In this document: in pieces, positions 29,599-38,734 of the stretch
How the letters are laid out: the number at the start of each line of letters is the position of its first letter
How positions within the stretch are numbered: position 1 is the first letter of the stretch
Origin: a virus
DNA length: 64,000 nt
Virus record (IMG/VR): IMGVR_UViG_3300026488_000015
Span: 32,001-96,000 of that record
Reading direction: 5' to 3' (one strand)
Translations under genes and position numbers: made by a program
Notes under the pieces: model-generated
Databases searched by the model: none
What the model was told of the DNA's origin: nothing
What the model saw: only the letters and a program-made list of their open reading frames with translations

Positions 29599-30526
29599 TT
29601 TCTATCCTCAATGCAACTACATAATCATCAAGAAGCTTAAGAAATTCTGTAATCTTCTCACCTTTAACTATCCTAAAAGTTCTGTATTTTTCATTTTCGT
29701 TTTCTAGTTCTAATTGTAGTTCTGCTTTCTTTGCTATAATATAATCATCAACTGCAGATTCAGGTTGAACTCTCGTGTTTATTTTGTATTCTGTACCAGG
29801 TAAAATATCTGTATTTACTGTAATCTTAGTTTTGTATTTATTATTATCTGAATCAGTAAATGAATAGTACCAACCACCTATTAATGATATTATATCTTGT
29901 GTTTCATTAATAAGAGAGACATTTGTTTTGCTTATGAAATTTATTGTGAGCCCTATTTTTGTAACTGGCACTCTTTTCTCTACTAGCTCTAATGGTTCTG
30001 TTAAATCATAATAAGTCCCATCTAAAATTTTGTGTGATTGATTCTTAGTAAATTTTGATATTTTGTCTTCATCTGTGTTGTGCACTGTATAAATCTGTGC
30101 ATTCTCTAATATTACATCATCGCCATTAGCGTTTAATGGATTTCTAATCTTTAAATAGAGAGGGTCTGAATAATCATATTCTAGTCCTAATGAACCAACT
30201 GAAGGGTATTCTGCTATACTAAAATATCTTAGATGTTCTTCAAGGTCGGCATCAACCTTTTGTAATACTGTATCCATATCTTTAGGTAGTTTATTAATAT
30301 CAATCATATTGTTTAACATCATTAAAATATCCCAATAGTCAAGTGTATTGTAGTACTGGAGAGAAATATATTCTAATTTTACATTATCTTCTAGTTCTAT
30401 TGTTACAAAAAGGTCTTCCATAGAAGATATACTTTCGGGTATGGTTCTTCCTTTAGTAAAATTCTTAAATGTTTGCCCACTTTCGGAATTTATTATATCA
30501 TCAAAAGTGTAAAATCTTTTCTTCAT
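29582..30526 (-). CDS. gp53: Baseplate wedge gp53-like with two inserted modules
   Basis: LEYISLQYY....YWDILMMLNNMID...LP and C-terminal ENENEKYRTFRI. Confidence 0.75.
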   Translation of the reverse strand: MKKRFYTFDDIINSESGQTFKNFTKGRTIPESISSMEDLFVTIELEDNVKLEYISLQYYNTLDYWDILMMLNNMIDINKLPKDMDTVLQKVDADLEEHLRYFSIAEYPSVGSLGLEYDYSDPLYLKIRNPLNANGDDVILENAQIYTVHNTDEDKISKFTKNQSHKILDGTYYDLTEPLELVEKRVPVTKIGLTINFISKTNVSLINETQDIISLIGGWYYSFTDSDNNKYKTKITVNTDILPGTEYKINTRVQPESAVDDYIIAKKAELQLELENENEKYRTFRIVKGEKITEFLKLLDDYVVALRIENDNIK

Positions 30527-30535
30527 TAGTATCTC

Positions 30536-31297
30536 CTATTTTTCAAATACCCAATCTTCTTTCTCTTTAGGTTCAAACTCTAAGAAAGTCATATTAACTG
30601 CTATAGATTTTGGTTTTGCACCATCACTTAAACCCATCGTACCATCAGCACCGTAGTTTATATCCATAGATGCCAAGGCACATAAATCAAACTGTATAAC
30701 TCTATTTATATGCGATTTTTCTCTACCAAATCGTAAACTAAATAATCTAGGTGGGGCTTGAAAAACTTCATTTGCTGCAGTAGAAGCAGTACCTTGTGTT
30801 GCATTAGCTGATTCTGATTTCCCTCCCTCTGAAGAACCAATAGGTCCTCCTGGTAGCATATCAGCTTTAAGGTTTCTCAAAGCTGATTCTATATTATCAA
30901 AAATTGTTTCTGTTTCAGCATTCAATAAAAAAGAAACAGAAACGCTTCTAGGCACTTGTCCTTTGTATGTCTGAGCATAAAATGGTTTGATACCAAAACC
31001 CGTGATACCTTGTAACCCTCTTGCTGCTTCTGATAAACCACTCATTACTGAAGAGGTTAGTGAATTCTTGCTCCAATTTTGGCTGTAATCATCATCGATT
31101 GTTAGAGGCATAGGAAAATTATATGTTTTAACGCTATCTCCTGCAGCATCTTTGAGAGCTGTTATAACGCTCGATGATTTATCAGTTGTAAAAAAGTTCT
31201 CGATTAATGTGGATAAGTTTATGTTATAGCTACTAATCGTAAGGACTCTATCTGGTACTAAATCTTTACCTACTTTGAATATTGCTTTTCCTGCCAT
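30536..31297 (-). CDS. Baseplate tail-tube cap, gp48-like (copy 2)
   Basis: FPMPLTI.D.YSQ.W, YKG..PRS.S.SF.L, CAL.SM.INYG.DG. Confidence 0.7.
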   Translation of the reverse strand: MAGKAIFKVGKDLVPDRVLTISSYNINLSTLIENFFTTDKSSSVITALKDAAGDSVKTYNFPMPLTIDDDYSQNWSKNSLTSSVMSGLSEAARGLQGITGFGIKPFYAQTYKGQVPRSVSVSFLLNAETETIFDNIESALRNLKADMLPGGPIGSSEGGKSESANATQGTASTAANEVFQAPPRLFSLRFGREKSHINRVIQFDLCALASMDINYGADGTMGLSDGAKPKSIAVNMTFLEFEPKEKEDWVFEK

Positions 31298-32085
31298 TAT
31301 TTATCTCCCCAATCAGATTTATCTTTTGGTGCATATTCAGAAAAAGTTAAGGAAAGCGTACTCATTTTAGGAGTTAATCCATCTTCTGTTATGAACATAG
31401 CCATACTCCCATCTACACCGTATGATACTTTTGCAGATGTTAGTACACAAGCACTAAAGTTTATATTGTTATTTAGAAAAGAACTATCTTCACCAAAAGT
31501 TAAACTAAAAATATCAGGAGAAGATAAAAATATTCTACCAAATCCAGGTGACATAGCATTTTTGATGGCTATGATTCCTTCTGTAATAATGTTTGCTTCT
31601 TCCTCATTCTTAGGCATAAATGAAAACATCAAAGAAATACTTCTTGGTTCGTTCTCTCTAAATGTTAAATATGAGTTCGGGTTCACTGCTTCACCTTGTA
31701 CTGAAGCAATCTTAGTTGCAACACCAGACATTCCTTTGACTAAGGCTGCTATTTTTCCAGTTGCTTTGGCTACACCAGTCGAATTTCCATTTTTATCTGT
31801 CATACCAGCACCTGCTGCTCCAGCTTTATCGGCCATCCCTTGTGCTGCTCCAGTCAAACCAAAACCTTCCCAACCTACTGAAGAATTATCATTGATTACA
31901 TTAGGTAAAGGTAAATGCCAAGTCTGTGTGGCAGTACCTAATTCCCCTTTAATACCGTCTTTCTTCGATGGGGTACCTTTAAGTAGCTCCTTGTATAAAC
32001 TCATACTCCATTTAAAACTCTTCAATACCACAGTTCTATTTGTGATGATTCCATCTCCGTTTTTGTCAAACATTTTGAATGCCAT
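31297..32085 (-). CDS. Baseplate tail-tube cap, gp48-like (copy 1)
   Basis: LPLPN.I.D...V.W, NP...LTF....PRS....FSF.PKN.EEA, CVLT...VSY, L.LTF.E. Confidence 0.75.
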   Translation of the reverse strand: MAFKMFDKNGDGIITNRTVVLKSFKWSMSLYKELLKGTPSKKDGIKGELGTATQTWHLPLPNVINDNSSVGWEGFGLTGAAQGMADKAGAAGAGMTDKNGNSTGVAKATGKIAALVKGMSGVATKIASVQGEAVNPNSYLTFRENEPRSISLMFSFMPKNEEEANIITEGIIAIKNAMSPGFGRIFLSSPDIFSLTFGEDSSFLNNNINFSACVLTSAKVSYGVDGSMAMFITEDGLTPKMSTLSLTFSEYAPKDKSDWGDK

Positions 32086-32088
32086 TTG

Positions 32089-35000
32089 TTATGCTCCCTT
32101 TTCTAGTTTAGCATCTTTGATACTAGTATTATGTGTAGCACCTGCACTCGTTGTAGATGTAGTGTTTTGTATTTGAGGTGTTTTATTCTGTTTTACTTCT
32201 GCTCTCGTTTGTTTGTGTGACTCAACGAGTGCTACGACAGCTGGGTCAGGCTTCTTCTCATATTTTGTGAATGCTGTTGCTTTAAGACCAGAATTCTTAA
32301 ACATTTCTTGATAAGCTTCATTAGCGGCAGCACCAGTTTCATAAGATACTGGTTGTTTCGTAGTACCTTCTGTGAATGTCTTGCTATCCTTCTTAGTAAT
32401 CGTTTGGCCTTCTGAATCGATACTAACACCACCTGATACTGGTGCCGGTGCTGTTCCATCTTTTCTGTATTGTTTCATACCATTATCTCTAATACTTTTT
32501 CTGTCAATACCCAAAGGCTCAACATGCCAGGTTTCAGAAGCAACGATAGGTCTCCAAAAACCATATTTTCTGAATAGGTTCGCTTTGATTGCATCATTGG
32601 CATCTACCGTCTGAATATCGAATGCTAGACCATAGTTGTGCATTGATTTCCCTGGTGATGCAGCCTTCTTTCCTTTTCGTTTCTTCATATCAGCTTGTTC
32701 TTCAAAGCTTCTGAATGCTGAATTAACTTGCATCTTACGACCAGTGATTTCTTTAAATTCCATTGCCATACCTTTAAGGTTATGGAGAACATTTTCATCA
32801 AGACCTTCGATGTCGTTGTTTCCGTTGTTAATGAATAATTCTTTGAGTGACATATCATCTGTCGTTCTAACTTGACCGGCATCTGTATAGGTAACTTTCT
32901 TAGGTGTGTACTCGACACGACCTGAATAGTTACTCATTACATTAGCACCACCTTCGTTATCAAAAGTAGTGAAGCCTGATATATTATCCCTTTCTGTTTC
33001 TCTGCTTTTAAGAAACATAGCAATCTGGTGAGAAAGACTATCTCTCTTCCCTTCTATTTTAGTTTTCCTTTCTACATAAGTAGCTAAGCTTGACCACTGT
33101 GATAGAGGTATGCTTCTCATTTCTATCAAATCTTTTATTACTAATGGTTTGGCTCCCCAAATACCGGCATTATTAACTATAACAATACCCTCTTTCACTA
33201 AACCGGCAAGAAATTCTTCCATATTTTTATTCTTTAATTTTGATAGTTTATCTAGTTTCGATTTCGATGTTGCCATTACTTTTGTGTATATAGCTAATGA
33301 ACCATCTTCTAGTGCTACTTGTTTTGAATATGTAGCTTTATCTTCAAAATCTGTTCCTGAATCTCTTACTATTGCATCATCAGCACCATTTTTAAGGAAT
33401 TGTTTCTGGATAAATTTCTTTCTGTCTTTTTCTGTTAGGTCTTTACTAAGGGCCTTATATTCTTTAGTCCCAACAGCTCTTCCAGACATTTGTTTCATTA
33501 TACTATGGCTTTTCTTAATTTTTGCATCTTCTTCAGCTAAATTGTTTTGATTGTCTGTAACACCATTAATGATAGCTATCATTTTATCGCCTTCATTAGC
33601 AAATAAACTCTCATCTTTTACTCTATATTTAATATCGTTAATTAACTCAGCTCTTTGGTTCTCATCTAGGTATGTTGTGATATACTCTCTGAATCTTGAT
33701 TTCTTATATACAATACCATCATTTGTATTGTTAGGGTTCACAATATCTGCATCAATCATTGCTTCATAAATATCATCACCACTAGCATCTTTACGAACAG
33801 CATCTAATGTAGCTTTCTTACTCTTATCTTCAAATCTCATAGTAGTTTTTTTAGATGTTATTATACCAGTCTTAGCATTTTTTACTAATTTTGTACCGCT
33901 CGTACCGAATATAGCCATAGCTTCTTCACCATATTGTAATACCGCTGGGTCAGATGCTCCAAATTTTTCTCTTCTCACCATAATAATTTTTAAGAAATCA
34001 TCATTATTACCTTCGATGTAGCTCATAGCTTTGTCGAATTCTTCTAACGAAAGCTCTTCACTCGTTATAATATATTTAACGAAATCTTCCTCTGGTGATG
34101 AACCCCATAACCAAGAAGCCTGTGATGTCCCTAGTGCCGCTATACTTTTAGCTATTACAGCAACTCGTTTCTCGTAATTCGGGCCGAAAATATTTTTCGT
34201 TGCATTTCTGATTTCCACTGCATCTACAGCTAGTAGAGCACCAGTGATTAAACCAGCTGTTAAGACACCACCAATCTTGAATACTGATTTACCTAGACCC
34301 TTTACTCCTTTAAAAGCAGTTTTAAAGAATCCACTCTTAGCCATTTTAGGTTTGAAATGATTTGCTTTGGGTTTAGGTGTACTCCCTTTTTTTATAGTAG
34401 ATTTAGTATCACCAGACATCTTAGTTTTTCTTTTTTGTTCTGTTTCCATTCGTTTTTTGTTGGCTTCTGATTTCTTCTGCTGTTTGTCTTTACTATTTTG
34501 TTGCTGTTGTTTTTTCTTGTCGTTACCTTTTTTATTCTTCTTATCTTTTTTATCAGGCATACAACCACAACCAGACATAACCCCACGACCTTTCCCTTTA
34601 CCTCTTCTTCTACTAGAATTATTTCTTCGTTGGCTTCTATTTCTTTTTCTGTCTCTTTTGGATTGTTTTTTATCATTCTGGCTATTCTTTTTGTCTTTAC
34701 CTGGGCCTTCAGGCATATCCATACTTTTTGAAGAATTCAATAAATTTTTACCAAATACAGCTTTCCAAACCTTGTTAATCATTCTCTTAGCAAATCTTAG
34801 AGCTTTCTTAACCATTATCTTAAATTTTCTGAACATTTTCTTGAATGGAGCCAACAGCTTACCGAACATTTTCTTAACCATCGGACCTATCTTTTTCCAC
34901 AGCTTCGTAGCCAATAGACCTAATCCAGCCATTATCATATCCCATATCGATGTGTCTTCATCATCTTTTATGGCTTTACCATTTTTATCAAATTTTTGTT

Positions 35001-36237
35001 TTTTGTCTTTCTTGCCTTTTCTATCGATTGAAGTATCTTGCTCATCAACCATCTGGTCAGCAATCTTTTCTAGGTTCTCATTAATGCTTTCAGAAAGCTT
35101 AATCATTTTCTTAGAATCATCAGCTGTATAATCATTATCATTTAGAGAATTTTTGATACCCAATGAAGCTCCTAATGAACCTAGCATACCGTATTGCTCT
35201 TCCTTCTTTTCTTGTGTTTCTTTCTGTTTTTTCTCTTTAAGCTTATCAGCTGGAGTCGGGTTCTTTTCTGAATCTTCTTCTGTTTTTTGTCGTTCTTTAT
35301 CGTTAGCTCTAGCTTGTTCTACATCATCGCTTACACCGAAGGCATCAGTAATGTATTGGTTACCTAAGCTAGAAATAAAATCATCCTTAGAAATACTAGA
35401 ATAACCATATTTCTTTCTAATGTCATTGTGCATCTTCATCAAAGCTAATGTTTCATTTTGTACCATATTTCTAGCATCATTTTGTTCATTAATATTATCT
35501 ACTGTGTATGCATTACTAACCAGTGTAACATATTTGTACATATTAACGCTTTTATCGAGAACCATTTTCTGGCCTCTCGTTTCTTGGTCTAATGAATCAG
35601 TAACCTTATCTAATGTATCACCAGAGAATTTTAAAGCAGAAGATTTTACTGTATCTTGTGCTCTCTCCATTAGAGAACCTTTTTCTGATTTCTCTGCTAG
35701 TGAATCTTCTTTCTCTTTGATTTTAGATTGTAGTTTTAGTGTTTTCTTCTCATCGCCAGTAATTTTAGCTACTTCTAGTTCTTCTTCGAGGTCTGATAGT
35801 CTATTCTGGCTTCTCTCTCGTGATTCTCTTGTATTGAATAAAGCACCGATTGATTCTGATGCAAGATTTTTGATAGCATCAAGTGGGCTATCTATCATAT
35901 CAGAAAGTTTTTTGTGTTTCTTCTCTTTTAGATTATCTACTTTTTCTCTATCTGATATAGCCTTATCTAAATCAGAAAGTTTTTCTGGTGTTCCTGATGT
36001 TTCTATGCCGTCTGTTTTTTTCTGTTGTATTGCTACTTTTTTATCGTGTTGTGCTCTAGCAATGAATAAAGTGGTTAATAATTGTTTTGTTTGTGTGAGT
36101 TCAAGCTCAATAGTATCTGAAGGTTGACCTTGTTCTTTTTTCGAGGCTATAGATTTTTCTATTTTAGCCATACTCTTATAAGAATCTTCAAGCCTAGTGT
36201 TAATATCTATTATATTTTGTTGGTCTTGTGCGTTCAT
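32089..36237 (-). CDS. Tape-measure-like protein with C-terminal M15 (VanY-type) peptidase
   Basis: Long helical protein between gp26-like and gp48-like genes; NSAFRS.EEQ, AASPGKSMHNYGLAFDI, ETWHVE. Confidence 0.75.
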   Translation of the reverse strand: MNAQDQQNIIDINTRLEDSYKSMAKIEKSIASKKEQGQPSDTIELELTQTKQLLTTLFIARAQHDKKVAIQQKKTDGIETSGTPEKLSDLDKAISDREKVDNLKEKKHKKLSDMIDSPLDAIKNLASESIGALFNTRESRERSQNRLSDLEEELEVAKITGDEKKTLKLQSKIKEKEDSLAEKSEKGSLMERAQDTVKSSALKFSGDTLDKVTDSLDQETRGQKMVLDKSVNMYKYVTLVSNAYTVDNINEQNDARNMVQNETLALMKMHNDIRKKYGYSSISKDDFISSLGNQYITDAFGVSDDVEQARANDKERQKTEEDSEKNPTPADKLKEKKQKETQEKKEEQYGMLGSLGASLGIKNSLNDNDYTADDSKKMIKLSESINENLEKIADQMVDEQDTSIDRKGKKDKKQKFDKNGKAIKDDEDTSIWDMIMAGLGLLATKLWKKIGPMVKKMFGKLLAPFKKMFRKFKIMVKKALRFAKRMINKVWKAVFGKNLLNSSKSMDMPEGPGKDKKNSQNDKKQSKRDRKRNRSQRRNNSSRRRGKGKGRGVMSGCGCMPDKKDKKNKKGNDKKKQQQQNSKDKQQKKSEANKKRMETEQKRKTKMSGDTKSTIKKGSTPKPKANHFKPKMAKSGFFKTAFKGVKGLGKSVFKIGGVLTAGLITGALLAVDAVEIRNATKNIFGPNYEKRVAVIAKSIAALGTSQASWLWGSSPEEDFVKYIITSEELSLEEFDKAMSYIEGNNDDFLKIIMVRREKFGASDPAVLQYGEEAMAIFGTSGTKLVKNAKTGIITSKKTTMRFEDKSKKATLDAVRKDASGDDIYEAMIDADIVNPNNTNDGIVYKKSRFREYITTYLDENQRAELINDIKYRVKDESLFANEGDKMIAIINGVTDNQNNLAEEDAKIKKSHSIMKQMSGRAVGTKEYKALSKDLTEKDRKKFIQKQFLKNGADDAIVRDSGTDFEDKATYSKQVALEDGSLAIYTKVMATSKSKLDKLSKLKNKNMEEFLAGLVKEGIVIVNNAGIWGAKPLVIKDLIEMRSIPLSQWSSLATYVERKTKIEGKRDSLSHQIAMFLKSRETERDNISGFTTFDNEGGANVMSNYSGRVEYTPKKVTYTDAGQVRTTDDMSLKELFINNGNNDIEGLDENVLHNLKGMAMEFKEITGRKMQVNSAFRSFEEQADMKKRKGKKAASPGKSMHNYGLAFDIQTVDANDAIKANLFRKYGFWRPIVASETWHVEPLGIDRKSIRDNGMKQYRKDGTAPAPVSGGVSIDSEGQTITKKDSKTFTEGTTKQPVSYETGAAANEAYQEMFKNSGLKATAFTKYEKKPDPAVVALVESHKQTRAEVKQNKTPQIQNTTSTTSAGATHNTSIKDAKLEKGA

Positions 36238-36274
36238 CAGATAACCCTCTTTTAGTATTATTTATCTGAATCGT

Positions 36275-36970
36275 TTATTGTGCGTTTTCTTCTTCTCTAG
36301 CTTTCTCTATTAGACTAAAATAAATTTCTCTCTCGAATGGTAGCATATTATATACATCTTGTAAAGCGAATTTTCCATAATAAGTGAATTCCTGAGCTTG
36401 TTGATATACATTACCTATACTGCTTTTCGATAAATCTGCCTTATAAAAATTATAACAATCCTTGATGTCGATATGCTGGCATTTTATACAAGGCATTTCA
36501 CAAAGAATCGACAACCCATCAGCACACAGCTTATCCATTTCTTGAGCACTCAAAAAATCCATTTCCTCGATATAGTACCTAGCTTCGTCGCTATCCAATT
36601 GCACATCATTATGATACACGGTGTTGTCGCCTACATTAATTTTGTATTCTCCGTCCTGGTAGAACACTTCCTCAGTATTGTATTTAATAAACGGGTCTAT
36701 ATTAATGGTATTTTCGTTAGGTTGTGAGCATTCCGAGCATTTATACTGAACCGTGAAATCTCCACCTACACTATTCACATAGGTTTTGTATAGGATGAAT
36801 AGCATATCTTCATCAGTAAGCTTTAAGGGTGTAGGTGTGATTTTTACGAGAAGCTTATAAATGTCTCTGATACTAGCACCATCTCCGTATAGGAGGTATG
36901 CCATTTCGTCCCTCGTTGTCCAAGGTTCTATATTGTATTCAGTACCCTTTAGCTCTAAACTAAAAAACAT
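36275..36970 (-). CDS. Baseplate hub assembly protein, gp26/gp51-like
   Basis: PWTTRDE, CxxC twice, C-terminal NMLPFEREIY (gp51-like). Confidence 0.7.
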   Translation of the reverse strand: MFFSLELKGTEYNIEPWTTRDEMAYLLYGDGASIRDIYKLLVKITPTPLKLTDEDMLFILYKTYVNSVGGDFTVQYKCSECSQPNENTINIDPFIKYNTEEVFYQDGEYKINVGDNTVYHNDVQLDSDEARYYIEEMDFLSAQEMDKLCADGLSILCEMPCIKCQHIDIKDCYNFYKADLSKSSIGNVYQQAQEFTYYGKFALQDVYNMLPFEREIYFSLIEKAREEENAQ

Positions 36971-37677
36971 TATAAAGTACCGAAAAAGTTTGGAAGAACA
37001 TCAAATTCTAAATTGTGTTCCTTATTACAGCCCTCTGTTTGGCATTGATAAGTACCAGTAATATCAAAATAACTCATTTGTTTAACATATTCTTCTAGTA
37101 ACTGCTCATAATCGCTCATATCTAAGTCGCTGATGTACTCGAACATTTCTTCAAAAGTGTACTCGTTTTTGATTCCATCAGCATCTTCAAAAGAATTTAC
37201 CCTAAGAACCATTTCAATAATAGTAGCATCATCTTCAAGATATTTTCCCTCTTGTGCTGAAAGAACCTCAGCTTTAATATCTTTTTGGAGATTAAAAGTA
37301 ATATCGCCTATTACTATTTTTGCGAAAGTATCTGGTTCAAAATTACTACATTTAGCTAAATCCACATCGATTTTTGTATTCTCTTCACATTTAGGGCATA
37401 AATAATCGAATTTAATATTGTTACCTAGTGTGTTTTTTCTAATCTGTGTAAGCATATATAAGAGGTCGTAGTTTGAAAGGTATTCTCCCTCGTAATCTTT
37501 AACACAAGGTAGAACCAATGTACGGAGTTGTTCTTCGGTTAGCATTTCAATATCGAACGAATTTTCTAAGACTTCATTGAATGACTTAACATCACGACCT
37601 TTCCATTTTCTTAGAAACATAGGTTTATCGTGCATTTCTATTTCAATATCGAATTTATCTTCTTTCTTAATACTCAT
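36970..37677 (-). CDS. Baseplate hub assembly protein, gp26-like
   Basis: DLLYMLTQIR....G..I.F.Y.CPKC, C-terminal C..C...NFF. Confidence 0.7.
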   Translation of the reverse strand: MSIKKEDKFDIEIEMHDKPMFLRKWKGRDVKSFNEVLENSFDIEMLTEEQLRTLVLPCVKDYEGEYLSNYDLLYMLTQIRKNTLGNNIKFDYLCPKCEENTKIDVDLAKCSNFEPDTFAKIVIGDITFNLQKDIKAEVLSAQEGKYLEDDATIIEMVLRVNSFEDADGIKNEYTFEEMFEYISDLDMSDYEQLLEEYVKQMSYFDITGTYQCQTEGCNKEHNLEFDVLPNFFGTL

Positions 37678-37702
37678 TAAGTATCCTTTATTTTAATATT
37701 AT

Positions 37703-38227
37703 TTATCTAGTTTTGAATGATATACTAAATTCTGCTATTTGTGATTCGTTTGTTCTATCTAAAGAAATATTTGAAACACTATCAAGTATAGCTACTTCAG
37801 TTTCAAAAATGACTACATCTGAATCGTAAGGAGTAATTTTAAGACCCCAATACTGGTCTTCAGGAAACATATCTTTAGTCCCATCGAGAATATAAGTCAT
37901 TAATCTATATAGGTAAAAATCATCAAAATCATTAAATGTTACATCTATTCTCTTTAGTTCTTTGATACCGGTAGTATAACTCCACTGCCCACCTACAAAA
38001 GTTTCTATGGGTTGAGTTACTAAATCTGGTATAGTAAAGGTTTTTATAGCTAAATTAAGTTTATCTACTTCATCAGCTGAATCTTCATCAAAATCTACTT
38101 CTTTAAGCTTAGTATAAGTTTCATCTATATAGAAATACCCTGCAGGGAAACTTACAGTAAGTTTGAAGTCATTAACATAATCCCACTTTGTTTCATATAT
38201 TTTTGTGATAACATCTTTTAATGCCAT
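37703..38227 (-). CDS. Tube-fold protein, gp54/gp19-like
   Basis: N.F.L, IP, VTF.D, VS.ISLD.T...QIAEFSISF resemble the gp19 paralogs. Confidence 0.55.
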   Translation of the reverse strand: MALKDVITKIYETKWDYVNDFKLTVSFPAGYFYIDETYTKLKEVDFDEDSADEVDKLNLAIKTFTIPDLVTQPIETFVGGQWSYTTGIKELKRIDVTFNDFDDFYLYRLMTYILDGTKDMFPEDQYWGLKITPYDSDVVIFETEVAILDSVSNISLDRTNESQIAEFSISFKTR

Positions 38228-38249
38228 AATATACCTCTTTTAGAAGTAT

Positions 38250-38678
38250 TTATACTTTAAACGATAATGTTTCTTTGGATATTTCTAATAATGAAGTTTT
38301 CCTTTCTAGTACGAGTTTTTGTAAATGAACTAATGAAGCTAATTCTAATGTGAGTTTAGTTTTATAAGCGGATTCTTTCTCTTTAGGGGTACTGAAGTAA
38401 ATTACATATAATCCTTGTTCAGGACGAGGCTCACCATAAGCATCTACTTCAAAAATTAAAATGTATTCATCTTGTTTAAAATAAGGAGAACTCTTCATCC
38501 TAGATTTAAGATTTTCTAAAGTTTTCTTAAATATGTTAGTGCTTGTTCTTTCATCGAATTTGATATATGATACTGAACCTTCATCTTTATTTTGTTTGGA
38601 TTCGTATGCAACTGCATTTCTGTAAGAGTAGTTTGGTAAGTATTTGTTGATTTCTTTAGTGAGAGTGAATGAAGTCAT
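38250..38678 (-). CDS. Hypothetical early protein inserted in the tail operon
   Basis: Has its own early promoter at 38700-38721. Confidence 0.6.
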   Translation of the reverse strand: MTSFTLTKEINKYLPNYSYRNAVAYESKQNKDEGSVSYIKFDERTSTNIFKKTLENLKSRMKSSPYFKQDEYILIFEVDAYGEPRPEQGLYVIYFSTPKEKESAYKTKLTLELASLVHLQKLVLERKTSLLEISKETLSFKV

Positions 38679-38699
38679 AATATATCCTTTATAAGATAT

Positions 38700-38721
38700 A
38701 TTATAACATAAGTAGACTTAA
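38700..38721 (-). promoter_or_regulatory. Early-type promoter
   Basis: TTAAG TCTACT TATGTTATAAT. Confidence 0.75.
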
Positions 38722-38734
38722 AGCCTACTTAAAA

